Origin: Takakia lepidozioides
Taxonomy: Eukaryota > Plantae > Bryophyta
Assembly: GCA_030704615.1 (NCBI GenBank)
Contig: CM060732.1
Span: 620,001-684,000 of the forward strand
Direction: 5' to 3'
Length of the DNA stretch: 64,000 nucleotides
The position numbers and the translations under genes were made by a program. The notes under the pieces are model-generated. The model was not told where the DNA came from. It searched no databases and saw only the letters and a list, made by a program, of their open reading frames with translations. This document shows positions 12,250 to 24,400 of this stretch, piece by piece. Every line of letters begins with the position of its first letter. Within the stretch, counting starts at the first letter, position 1.

Positions 12250-15148
12250 CACCTGTACACAACTCACATCATGGCCCACTCTCCTCCAACCTGACTGTCA
12301 AAGTCGTTGGACCGTAAAATGTTACCATCTTTGGAGAACTCCCGGAAAAAACAGTATCTCCAGGTGAGACCTCTCCACTTCCTTATGTATGCCTCCAATG
12401 ACATTTGGGGAGGGGAAACAATCGAAATGTTCAAGTCCTTCAAAGTCTAATCCAGCACAATGATGGCGCGCTTTTCGAACTGCAAATTGTATATTTGTCA
12501 GTATTGCAAATAAGATACTCATCACATAATTGAAGAAAAGAAAACGGCTTATTTGAATACACACCTGACTCCAAAATGTAGCCTTGTGGAGCCAGTTTTC
12601 AAACACCAAATCACTGATTCCTTCCACCTTTGTGCCAGGCTGTATGGTGCTCTTTGGGAACTGATTCAAGTCCTTTACTGTCTGATATGAGTTCCATATC
12701 TCCAGCCACCTTATTTTTGTTTGTGGGTCGACCATGGATATGGCCAGCCGGTGCAATTTCTCCTGCTGCATCTCCGGATGCACATGCTTGTCATAGTGAG
12801 ATTTGATCTGCTGAAGGAACTCAGAACCAAGTCCAGGATCTACTATTCTAAGCTGCTTTCCGAAGGCGGACATCAATTTGGTTCTTCGCATTTCAAACTC
12901 CTTTTTTATTGCTGCTTCCACACCCTTTGATGTCCTTAGTTCCTCTGGTGTAGTGCGGTAATATTCGGATTTTCCCTTCTCAGCTGCCTCTGCCAGTTCT
13001 TGCTGCATTGATTCAAATAGTGATTAGCACCGAAGGGACTACAAACATGTATTCGAAAAGCAAACTGAGTACAGACTCGGGCTTACCGCATACGTGTACT
13101 CCAGAAACGCCTCTCGAGTCAAGGAATACCAAGTTCCTGCAGCTCTTCCTGTTTCGCACTTCTTGATTATATTGGGGGGGAGTACTGTCCGAAAATCATC
13201 CAGCTTCATCAGACCAATCCTCTGAATTCGGAATAGTGTGTGGACCAAGCTTGTTGTCACATGCGATTTCTCTGTCGATTTGCAAAAACATTGGAAACAT
13301 TGCATTCCTTAACACTGTTTTTTTGGGATTAACAAGACCCTACAAAGGGAATGAAGTCTCTAGGATGACTTACTTGTTCACGTCGTGCATAGCTGTAAGA
13401 AGCCTAGCGACGTTGTTTCCTGGATCCAAAACCATTGCCTCCACAGCAACATGCTTGTCTTTGTCTTTCGCATGGTGTTTCTGGATGTATCCCATCCATG
13501 CCAGCAATCGGTGGTTGCCGTCCCAGACGTAGAACATGTGGTTGCAGAATTGTTGGGTGTTCTTTCCCATCATGAGGCCTAGCTCGAACTCCTCATTAGC
13601 ATCTTTCCAGCACTCATCCCAGGTATCACTAATCTCTGGAGACACTAATGTGCTTTTCCCATTTATATCCGTCAGTGACACATAAAAAACTTGTGCACCA
13701 AGTCTGTATCCATGCACGAAATCACTCTACAATTTTGTTATGTCATGGGAAAGAGGTGGACGCACAACAGACATAGATATCATCTGGCACAGAGGGATGT
13801 CCAGACGCCCTCCAGATACGAGCATGTCCCTTATAACCTCTTGAGAGTTTACCTTCTGGAATGACATGAGTTCTTTCACCTTGTCAAGGTCAGATTCATC
13901 TGCTTCATCGTTATTCTCTGAGCTTTTTCCAGACTCGTCCCCATCTCCAGATCCTTTCCCCTCTGATCCTGTAGGCTTGGACCTCACAGTTTTCTGCACG
14001 ATGTCATTCAAATCTGACTGAGTAATGTGCAAATAGTGAACGGCGGTAACGACCATCACTCTGTCTCGACGAAACTCACAATGAATGGTGTGAAACAAAT
14101 TCAGAACCATCTACACAAGCAATGCTGATCCTGCCGAATTCAAAACAAAAGCGAGAGCGAGAGCGAACGGCGTTAACGACAATCACAAAAGACAAGGACC
14201 TGCCGGATCGGTGTTGTGCAATGACATATATGTGTAAGTGATTGGCGGCAACGACATTCAGTATAGTTTAGGGCGGACAGTAAGTGCAGATTATTCAGAT
14301 TGATTCCATTGTGATTACCGTCGCAAGCATTCACGGTTTCTTGTCTATGTCGAGAGTACTTTCCAATCGATACTCTACCTGAATCTACAGTATGGTCTTC
14401 AAATCTTTGATTGGCGGTACCGCCTTTCCACTTCTCTATCTGTTCAACCTCATACAAAGAAAATGCATTGCAATACATTATGACTGAATATGCCGACCCT
14501 CACTCTCTCTTCAAACACATAGGTACATAAATCTCATGAGGAGAATCGAATGGCGTTAACGACGCTCGCAATTCAGTAGACTTCAATCACAAGTTCCTGC
14601 TAAAGAAGGGAAGAGGAAGGACTGCTTGAAAGGCAATCAGACAGACTGTATGATCTGAACAACAGTGAATGACGGTACCGTCAGTCACCCACTCATTGTG
14701 CTGTAAACCCTTAAAAGAGGAGTAGAAAGCAAATCACCGTTGTTTCATGGTGATGGTCGGTAGCGACAATCCCTTTCTGGGACATTCCACTCAATCTCTA
14801 CGCAGATCTTCAACAATGAAATGTAAGTTAGAGAAAAATTACTGGCGCCTTCTTAGGTTTTGAAATTGGATCCCCTTCTGCAGCTTTCCTCTTCCCTCTC
14901 ACATCTGCTGGAAATTCTGTCTGCTCTAGGGTTTCTGGACCTTCTCCCGGTTCAGCGTTCCTCGTACTTCCACCTCCTTCAGTTTCCCTGCGAGTCATCT
15001 CTGCATCCACATGCTGGTTTCCAACGCGCATTGTTATCGCCGACTGTGTCACAGCCGCTGCCTCAGTCTCGGTCTGCTCTTGTGAATCAGTCTCCGCGTT
15101 CACCTGCTGCCTTGGCCCTGTGTTCTCCAACAAACGACGCCTCGTCAT
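12250..15148 (-). pseudogene. Multi-exon gene with a ParB/Sulfiredoxin-like domain
   Basis: IPLCQM...VVRP..DITKL...GY...FYVS...FYVWDGNHRLLAW. GT-AG introns separate ORFs 13370-13717, 13039-13305 and 12322-13008. Colinear homolog in copy C. Confidence 0.7.
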
Positions 15149-16004
15149 TTGCTCTCTTGCTCTGCGTCTCTCTCTAAGGGAAGTAAAATAAAGAGACTTT
15201 CTTCTCTTTCATATTGTAGAAGGAACCCTCTCCAGCTTGACTACCACTCTCCCTCTAAGCGCGAAAAGTAGAAAAACGAAGTGACTCCTGATTTCTTGCG
15301 GGATTGCGTGCGTTGTTGCTTGTCTCTAGAAGCATCGGATTCCCTCTCGCGTGACCATTACACATAGTCGTTCCCTTATTAGTGCACATGCCAGCAATTA
15401 GTGTACAGCTGTTCGTATTCAGTTATCGATGTCTGACGTGTGTCGCCCAAAATAAACGGCGTGTTCTTTATTAGAACGATTTCAATATTTAAAAATAACA
15501 GCAAATCCCATAAATCTTGGCGCACAGTCTTAGACAAATATATGTAAATGAACGAGAGTTTGATGACAAATTTTGGGATATCATACACGGTCATCCTTGT
15601 TAGCCAACCCCACGTTCGTTTCACATTTTGAACTTTCCAGGTGCGCATGATCATTGGTAGTAGTATAAAGATACATTTACTTAATCTGCAATCCCACCCT
15701 CAGATCATGTGGCATGCTTCCAGGAAGTCGGCTTGTTATTGTGTTTATTGATGAGGTTCTGATTAACGGTTTAACAGCTGCCAACATTGCTCCTCGGGAT
15801 ACTCTGACCACTGGGCCCACAAGAAAAGTAATTAAAATGGACGGTTGCATATCTGGAAGGAATAACAGAATATGCACAGTCGTCATCTGAGCTTCCTCCG
15901 CCATATTCTCTGCTCATTCTTCAACTGTGTTCTGGAGACATCAGTAAACCGATTTACACTGAAGGTCTGCGATAGCAAGGTATCAACATACGCGAGGAAG
16001 GAAG

Positions 16005-19000
16005 ATGGCTTCCTCTGAAGTGGAGTTCTTCTCTGACGACAAACCAATGCCGTTCTCCCAGGAAGTCCTTGACAATGGATTTGCAATTGTTCTGGAACAT
16101 GTCTTGGCTACCCGTTTTTAGCTTCAGAATGGCTCCATCTTTTTGGAGAAAGAGGTGTACGATTTGAAAGGGAAGTTGTTGAAATACTCTTTCCAAAACC
16201 GTGATGAGACGGCTCATGTCAGCCAGTGGAGAGTGCGCCCTGGTCGATACAGAGTACTTGGAGAGCCTCGGCGAAAGTCCCTTGGGTCATATGTGACGCC
16301 CGGGACTACTGCTTTGGTCGTTGAAGACAAGAGGGAGGTGGTGGTGAAAAAAGAACAGACGTCCTCCACTCCAATTGTTGAGCTTTCGGATTCGTCCGAT
16401 GATGACATAAGTGAAATTCCAAATCCAGTCCTTCGTACTGTGGTTGGAGAAGCTGATGAAGAAGAGATTTGTAGTGTCATTCCAAAATTACGGGCGATTG
16501 AGGAATGGCTGGATTCAAAAGTGAGTTGCGAGGAATCGATTGGGAATCTTTGAAGCAGGTGCCTGTGAAGTTCTTGCCAGAGACTTTTGATGGCGATATC
16601 CTATTCGAGCTGCCTCCTCCTCCGCGAGTTGGAGGTGTAACAATCATGATGCATGGAATGGACAAGAAACACGACGGGCACCCGTGGTGCAGAACAAAAA
16701 CATCCAATATTCAGAATGATGACAAGCTTATTTTCAGGAGAACAGTTTGCAATGGACACCTTAGGTGTGATAATTTGAATTGCAGACACTTTCTTCAGTT
16801 TGGGGTTCATAATCAAAGCGAATGGGAGGGTCTGGCCGAAAATCCATTTCAGCCTGGGACTGCCCCACCACCGGCAAACACTTTCGTCTGCAAATTCTGT
16901 AAACTTGTGCCATCCTGCTTGGCGCTCTGCGGAGCAAGAATGTACTATGTTGTCCACCGTTTGAAAACAATGACAAGAGCTTGTGTGCATTTTGGATTCC
17001 ATAACCATCCTGTCTCGAAGGGGGATTATAGGGAGAGTGTTGAGACAGTATCGAGGTTGATTAAACAGGAGATCGGGAGAAACCCATCCGCAACAACATC
17101 TGCAATTGCTCTTGGCGCAAGCAAGTCCTTCTTGGAAAACCATATTTTGAGTGAAGGGGATTCTGTGGGGACTAAACTTGACGGTGCAGCATTGGACGTG
17201 GTCGTGGATCATTTCTCCACTTTGAGTTCACCTAACATTCGGCATCAGATCAATGCATAAAGAATGGGCTCTGGTATCAGAGGCTACATAGACAAACTTT
17301 TGGAGTTGAAACGAGTGAGCGAGTATGATTACATCCAGGACAATGTATTCCCAGGTCAAGGTGCCATCAAAGTTTTTCTTTTCAAAATGTCGACTGTTGG
17401 GGAGGGCAGTGGGGTTAGCCTCGTGAAGCGGATGCAGAAGACTGGGGACTTGCAGAACTGTTTTCTTATGTTTGATCATGTGAAACCAGTGAAGGATTGG
17501 ACGACAATGGCTTGTCATGTCTACGATCCAGTGTACCAACGAGCTATGACAATTGCAGTTTGTGACATGCAATCCGAGGATACGGAATCCTAGAAGCTCA
17601 TGTGGAATTCCCTGATACGTGTCATGGGCTGCCATCTCCAAATTTCGCAGGTTTCATGGCGGATAGTGCTCAAGCAAATTTCAATGCTGTTCGTATTGTC
17701 TTCGGATCGGGCGACCCAAAAGTGCCAATGCGAGGAAGAGAGCGTACATGTCTATTCCATTGGACACAATCTCTGGAAAAACATACAAAGTCGGACATCA
17801 AACCAGAGATGCAGACTCAGCACCGTAAATTGTGCAAAGAGTACAAAGATGCTAGAACAATGAAGGAGGCGAACACTTTGTTCCAGACAATTCGTGCCTG
17901 GTGGTTCTCTTCTGGAGCTGCATCACTTGAGAGTATGAGAACATTGGAAGATTGGCTGGCGTTTTGGCACTTCCGGTATAGACAGTGGGGAGCAGCCATG
18001 CCAGTGGTACAAGGCTTATATTTCTTGCTTTATTCATACATTTACTTTCCATTTTATTGTGTCCTCGCTTTCTTTATGTTGTTTTCTGTTCACTATTTTG
18101 AAGTGTGGTTCTCCACTTTGCAGAACATGTCCATTGAGGAAATGGCGGACATGCCATCTTGCAATTTGGCAGAAACTGTGCACAACGCATGGTTACAGCA
18201 GTCTGGGAAACGAGGTCGGGATTTGCATGTGGCAACAACAGATGATTTGATACGTGCCTTGCACCAACAAACCCGATACCGTGATTTCTTGCGAGGTGGG
18301 GTTGGTGGCAAGGGTCCGGACAAATGGGAGTTGATATTGCATGCTGCAAACAGATCTGGGGATCCAATCAAGATAGCACGGGCGGTGAGCATGTATGCCC
18401 AGGGAACGCCACTTGTTTCTAGAGTTCCACATCTTGAAGGGGAGGAGAGATTTGACTCCTGTAAGAGGAAATTGAACACTCCACCTGGTTCGGATTCTGA
18501 TTCGCACAGGGCAGACCGTGATAACTTCTCGAAGCCTCGTGTTCCCCTGCATGACAGCTCCATGTCCGGAACCTCCATTGTGGAGGAACCTCCAACATGA
18601 CGGCAAGCTCCAGCATCAAACAGTGCCATTGAAATGGTGCAGGAGAGAAACAACCCCCTTGATGTGCTTAAGTCCGCATGCCCCGACCACGTTTGGCACA
18701 TAGAACGCACAAGTGTAGGGTCTCGTGTGAAATGTACAGCGATCGGGGCAACTAATTTCGAGAAGTGCACTTCATCTATATCCAGAGGTGGTGCCCGAAC
18801 TCCTACTCCGACTTTCAGGGGTTTGATGCGTCCATACGGTCAACCAGAAGCCAAGAACCGCAAGTTCTGGTTGTGCGCACATGATTGTGCCAGATGTGTG
18901 CATGGAACTTTGCGTCCTTCCGTAGTGATGAAGCCATCTCCTCCAACCGTTTGGCCCGTGAAGGTGGGAACACATCTCAGATTTCAGGAGATTGAAATGC

Positions 19001-19509
19001 TGGAGGAGGCAGGCTTTTCCCTTGCGAGACAACCCCAACTCCATGCATGTGCTACTACTTCTGCGTCCTCCCGGGTCCCCCCGGCAAATCCTGACTTGCG
19101 GCCAACCAAACGAGATGGAAAGCTCGTTCGGCGTTTCCCTCCAACCGCTGAACACTTTGGCAAAGTGGAGTCCGCAAGAATGCTCCAAGCTCGTGTTGGA
19201 AGCACCACGGAAGTACCCGATCCAGGATATGGTCGGGTATTCACAATCATCACTTCCACATCTGCTGTTCATGACAGGACCTACGACATCACGGTTTCCA
19301 ATTTCCCCAATTGCACATGTCCTGATTTTGTGAATATGCTATCAACCAGTTTGGGCAAGAGAGGTAAATTCATACCCTGCAAACATTTGTATTTCATATT
19401 TTTGAAGAGGATGGTTTGCGATCCCAAACGTGACAACTTCATTCACCAGGCCACTATGAGTTTCAACAAGGTCGATACTCTATTGCAGCAGGATACAACA
19501 CATGGGTAG
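16005..19509 (+). pseudogene. MULE transposase: GCM-like Zn DNA-binding domain, DDE core, C-terminal SWIM finger
   Basis: DGHPW...CNGHLRC...CKFC...GFHNHP; MFDHVK (D1), FMADSA (D2), CLFHW (CxxH), NLAETVH (E); CTCPDF...PCKHL (SWIM). Several stops and frameshifts, and an intron at ~18005-18123. Confidence 0.9.
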
Positions 19510-19899
19510 CATCAACTATGCAATGTGGTATGTGGACGACCATGATTTGAAATGTGTAATTCACATCAATTCGTCGGCGGTGCAATGATATGGCCTCCAA
19601 CTATACGGAGTGAGCTCTGAGTGACAACTTTTAAAAGCACATTTGTCATTGCACCGTTCGAAGTCTACATGTCTTGCTGTCGCTATGCACTACAATCATC
19701 TTTTGAAGATGATCCTAACTCTCATTGTTATTTGAGGAGGGAGGAAGGTCTTCCCGCGGCAGCCTCTATGGCGCACACTTTGTGAGGATATTTTCTCGTC
19801 CTCGTAATTGTAAAAGTGAAACAAGCATTTGTAATTGCACAATGTTGGATGCTACAATTGTAGGCCTCATGGTAGTCTTGATTCTATTTAGGCAAGATT

Positions 19900-21459
19900 C
19901 CCTGCATTAATTACACGGTCATAGGACCATCCTCGGTTATAGGCGGCGCATGTTAATGTTGACGTGGCAGATGACGGACAGTGCCACGTCATCATTTGCC
20001 GCCACATCAGCATGCTGACATGATGCTCACGCCACGTCAGCGTGGGTGCAGGCCACGTCACTCCTGCGTGAGCATACGCTCGCGCGCTCACGCGCAACGC
20101 TCACGCCATTGTGTCGTTGCATGGGAGAGGGGACATGAAGGACGGGGAGAATTTCCTTTATATACTCTGGAAGAGAATTTAAATGTACAGAGAGTTCATT
20201 AAAATTCTATTAATCTTGAAAATCATCAGTATCGTCGTCCTGTCCTTGACTGTCCTGCTCCGCTTCCACCCCGTCATTGCCTTTCTCATCTCCAGCGGAC
20301 TGCTCGTTGGCCAGGCTTTCAAAAATCCCATCTTCCCATTGCAGAACCGATCATCTCACCTCCGTTGGGTCGTCGTCCTCCCTGTCTGCATCGCTCTCAT
20401 CCGCTGAATCACATATGAACTTTCGCACCCGTCTACCTGTCTCAGCTGCTGCCAAGTCTTTCCTTATCCTTCTGTCTTCCCTAGCCCTCTCCAAAATCTG
20501 CTCTACTTTATTGGGATTCTCACATCGTCTAATCGCTGTATTTGCGAGTTTAGCTGCATAACTAGGAAGGGAGTAGTCCTTCACCAGGCTCGTCATGAAG
20601 TCGGCCCTCGCAAAGAACGGGACATTCTTCTTGGTAGGAAGTGTAGGCCCTACATGTTTTGACCCGGATCCTGGAATCCTGCACATAACAATCACCAACG
20701 AGACCAATGAGAACCACAGTCCGGAAATGCGTTTAACAAAAAATCACCCAGAAGGCTTTGCAAACTTACAATGTTTGCACTCACTCGTATTCGGGGTTCT
20801 CCTCGGCATCAATGTCCACTGTCTCTTCCTCCGACTCCGACGAATCCGAGGAGTCTTTGGCTTCGATGGGAGCCTTCACATTCCGTTGAAGCCCTTCCAG
20901 ATGGGATCCCCAGACGGATGTGTCCTCCTCGTAGGCAAAGAGGTGCCGGTTGGAAAACCGCCCAGCCCACATTGAGGCACCTGTTACAATGCCATCCACA
21001 CATTATAACATGGCCCTTTAGATGTTGCGAATTAAAGTATAATGAGAATTTGCAGAACAGCATAGAACAAGATTCTGCATACCTGTCCCACAGATGAGGT
21101 CGAGCACTGTGCCCTCCACGTCAGTGCATGTCTCCATAATTGTCTGAATGAAGGCAGGGCTCCGAGTCTGTGAATACCGCAGGGGTTCCGTTGAAGTGAG
21201 GCTATGAGGGAGAAGTTCTGTGGGAACATTGTTGAACAGGACGTCGTAATCGATGGGTTCGCAGTTCGGGTCAACCAACAATCCCTCCTTCCGGAAAGCA
21301 AAGGTGGAGTTCTCCTTCACAAAGCAGTATGCATCGAACTGCTTCGTCTGCATACACAGTGGGGAACGATTAGAAATCGAATGCGGCACCGCATTTCAAA
21401 ACACCTAAGAAAATGAAAGGACCAGTGCCAATGTCGTAATTACCTTCTTTCCTTCCGAC
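19900..21459. mobile_element. MULE copy E: methyltransferase-side end, interrupted by a Gypsy insertion at 21460
   Basis: gccacgtca and gtgagc/gctcac terminal-type motifs at 19950-20110, MTase-like exons, and a GAATGCGGCACCGCATTTC palindrome at ~21379. Confidence 0.6.
20351..21459 (-). pseudogene. 3' exons of a beta-class amino-DNA-methyltransferase-like gene
   Basis: RSPAFIQTIMETCTDVEGTVLDLICGTG|ASMWAGRFSNRHLFAYEED after splicing intron 20981-21082. This resembles the KP.L...I...T..GD.VLDPF.GSGTT..A....R..IG.E region of N4/N6 methylases. Confidence 0.65.
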
Positions 21460-24400
21460 TGTCAAGTTATTTTACCACTGGTGTGAAGTTAGCTAGGAAA
21501 TAGCTAGCTTTTATATATTGACATTTGGGATTGACCCAAGTGTCAATCCAGGGGCCAATACATGTTTGGGCACCTGACGTTGTTATCTTCATGGCAGATC
21601 GCGGTGGGCTCATCTTTCTTGAGTTGAGCCTCACCGCGTCTAGCTATGGCGCCGTAGTGTGGATTCCCCATGGCGTGGGGTGCACTTGGCTTTATTTAAT
21701 ATATGAGTGATGTTTTCATGTGCGAGTTTGAGAGAGCTTGTATGCTTGTATCATTCCTTTCTTTATCACTCGAGAAAGATCAGCTCAAGTCTGTGAGTGC
21801 CAGGTTCGAGTTAGTTGTAGCACTTGTGTTTTCATATCATGAGAAGCGGTTCAGCCTAGAGTGCAGGGAGCCGTGCCTGAGCCTATCCAAAGCGGATAGA
21901 GTGCAAAGGCGAACAGGTTGCAGGTTTGCCATGGATAGAGAGGCGGGTAGCCTATGTTGAAGAGCGGCATTGCATAGCTCAACACTATGGCAACCAAGTT
22001 TGGGCTTCTAGTGTGAAGCGGAGGAGATGCTGGCCACGAGTGGGCGAATTGGTGGTCATCTTCTTCAGCTGCAGGCCGAGTTAAGGAGCTGCTGAAATGT
22101 GGGCTGCGCATGGGAAGTTAGCATGTTGCAGGTTGGAGATGATATGATCAGCTCCAGGTATCTGCCCGAAACGAGTTGTTGCGGGTAGATGAGGAGTAGC
22201 CGAATGGTGGAGCTGTAAGGGGATGCATCGCAGCCCTTTGGGAGCTTCAGCTCCAAGCTCATGAAGAGGTATGAATGAAGAGAGGGGGCTGGTCCCTCTT
22301 GTGTGCAAATCAGTGCACTTGTGAAACATTTGCTGAGTTGGAGTTTCAATCTGAAACTCAACAGTGTAAGGGCTCTTGAAGTGGCAAGAGCGGGGCTGGA
22401 AGGGCAGCAACAAGGCACCCTAGAGCCAAGGGAGATGCATGAGAAGTGCAGGTGCACCAAGTTTGTAAAGGTGTGTATTTTCAGATTTGTTTTTGTGAGC
22501 TTCATGAAGAAAATGGAGCTTGTTGGGCAGCATATAGCTTGCTTATTGAGTTGGGGGCACTTCTAGTGGGCCGTGAGAGCTCAGGAGTGCAGGGCGACGG
22601 GGCCGATGGCTCCTCAGAAGCCATAGCTCAGCGGCAGCAGATGCAGGAGCAAACCCCAGCTCGGGGAGAGCTCGGGAACGCGTGGGAACGCCTCGGGAAC
22701 GCATGGGAACTCGTTGGGAGTTCCAGGGATCGCAGGGAATAGTGGTCGTGATGGGCCGTTGGGGCGGTATCACGAGATACCCCGAGCCCAGGTCGTGATG
22801 GTTGACCGTGACCGTTGACCGAGACCGTTGGAAGTCGTGGTGCGGATACAACGGGTGGGCACGGTGACCAGATCGTGGGGATGGTGGGCCGTGAAGGCTC
22901 GTGGGAGTGGTACCACGGGGTATCACTTGGCAGCCCGTGGCCAACGAGTGCCTAGGGCAGGCCGTGAGGAGTCGTGGCGGTTGGAGCCACGGAAGGCCGC
23001 GAACAGTTAAAGTGGAAAAAAAAAAAAAAAAAAAAAAAAAAAACGTTTTTTTCACTCGTTTCGTGGGACCTTGATGGGGAGGCTGGGCTCTGAAGAACAA
23101 CGGTTTTGAGCTAGCTGATCCGGCAGAAAAGTCGGAATTGCCTCCCTGTTGCGTTTAACAAAGGGGATTACTTCCCTGCAGGTAATCTTTTCGGGTTTTC
23201 AGCCCAATTCTTAACTATGGGAAAGACCAGCCTGCAGGTAATTCCTTTGGACAGAATGTTGTTGGGGCCTATATGTACCTCTATTTGCTCCATTTTTGAA
23301 CCGTCACCGAATGGTGTGGTTTCCTGAGGTGGTTCCATTCGGAGGAATGGCTGGTGGACGTAAGGAGGCACTGGCGGACCCTATGGAGGCTTGCATGGGG
23401 CCTTGGAGGCCAAGTTTCATGAGCTCGTGGAGGGCGGTTTGAGGAGTGTCTATAGGATGCTCTCATGGTCATGCAAGTGAGAGAAGAGAGGAAAAAAGAG
23501 GGTGTTGGGATGAGAGCGTGCTTGGGATAGGCATTGCTCTAGTTTCCCTTCCTCGTAGCTTTCCACCTTCTCTGTAGGTCGAGACCTTTCCGTAGGTGGA
23601 GGCAAGAGTCAGTCCGGGTTTGGGCTGGGTTGCAGGAGCGACACTGTGGAGAGATTTTTGGTGTGGGGGAGTTGTTGTTTTCATTCTTGTGTTTGGATCC
23701 CCTCCACACCTGCATGCTTGATTGTGTGCCATGCTAGTTTTGTGTGGGCGCTTGATTTTATAGGTGGTGGACTCGGGCTTTATCGCCGATCCCACCCTAG
23801 AGCATGCTGTGGATGGTGAGGCTGGGTTGATGACCAGTCAGACCATCTTTGTTTCTCCTGTGGTGAGGTTGGAGGTGATGACCAGCCAACCATAGGAGTG
23901 CCTGTGGTGGATGCAGGTGCAGGTGCAGGCTATGTTAGGAACCTAGTATTCCAAACCATAAGCCGCATCAGGTTCTCTACCCGGTTACCTTGTGGAGAGG
24001 GGGTTAGAGACGTGTTCATGACCGGTTGAGTGTCAGTTTGTCAACACGGAGGTGCCACTAGTTGCTGGGGAAAGTGCCGGTACGAGCACTAGCGATACTA
24101 ACGGATATACGAGACGAGGTGTGCGGTTTAGGCCACCTTCACCTCCTGTGTCTTCTACGAAAGGTTCTGATTCGGATTGTGAATCAGAAAGACTCACACC
24201 GGCGGTGCAAGTTGTTTCTTTGCCATTGTTGTGGGACACGATGGAGGAGATGTATGGAGCCACCAAGGGGCCACGAAGGTACTCTGGGGCGGTGGGCACC
24301 ATTGAGTTGGATGATTTTATCCAAGAGTTTGATAGTTGGTGTGACTTGCAGCAAATGCGCAATCCACAACTGTTTACGCCTTTCATGGCATGGAAGGGGC

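Larger units (their letters stand above)
12007..19900. mobile_element. MULE copy F: divergent ParB-like gene (-) and transposase (+); termini not resolved
   Basis: Same two-gene divergent layout as the reconstructed copy C. Palindromes of the GAATGTCGTCAACGACATTC type occur at 12023-12170 and 14165-14770. Confidence 0.75.

Noticed and set aside
12250-21459. Bacterial or phage contamination to explain the ParB and MTase motifs
   Set aside because: GT-AG introns are conserved between copies and the genes are nested with plant-type transposons.
23016-23043. Poly(A) run as a LINE or retrocopy tail
   Set aside because: No TSD or LINE ORF found; it may be a simple homopolymer in the leader.
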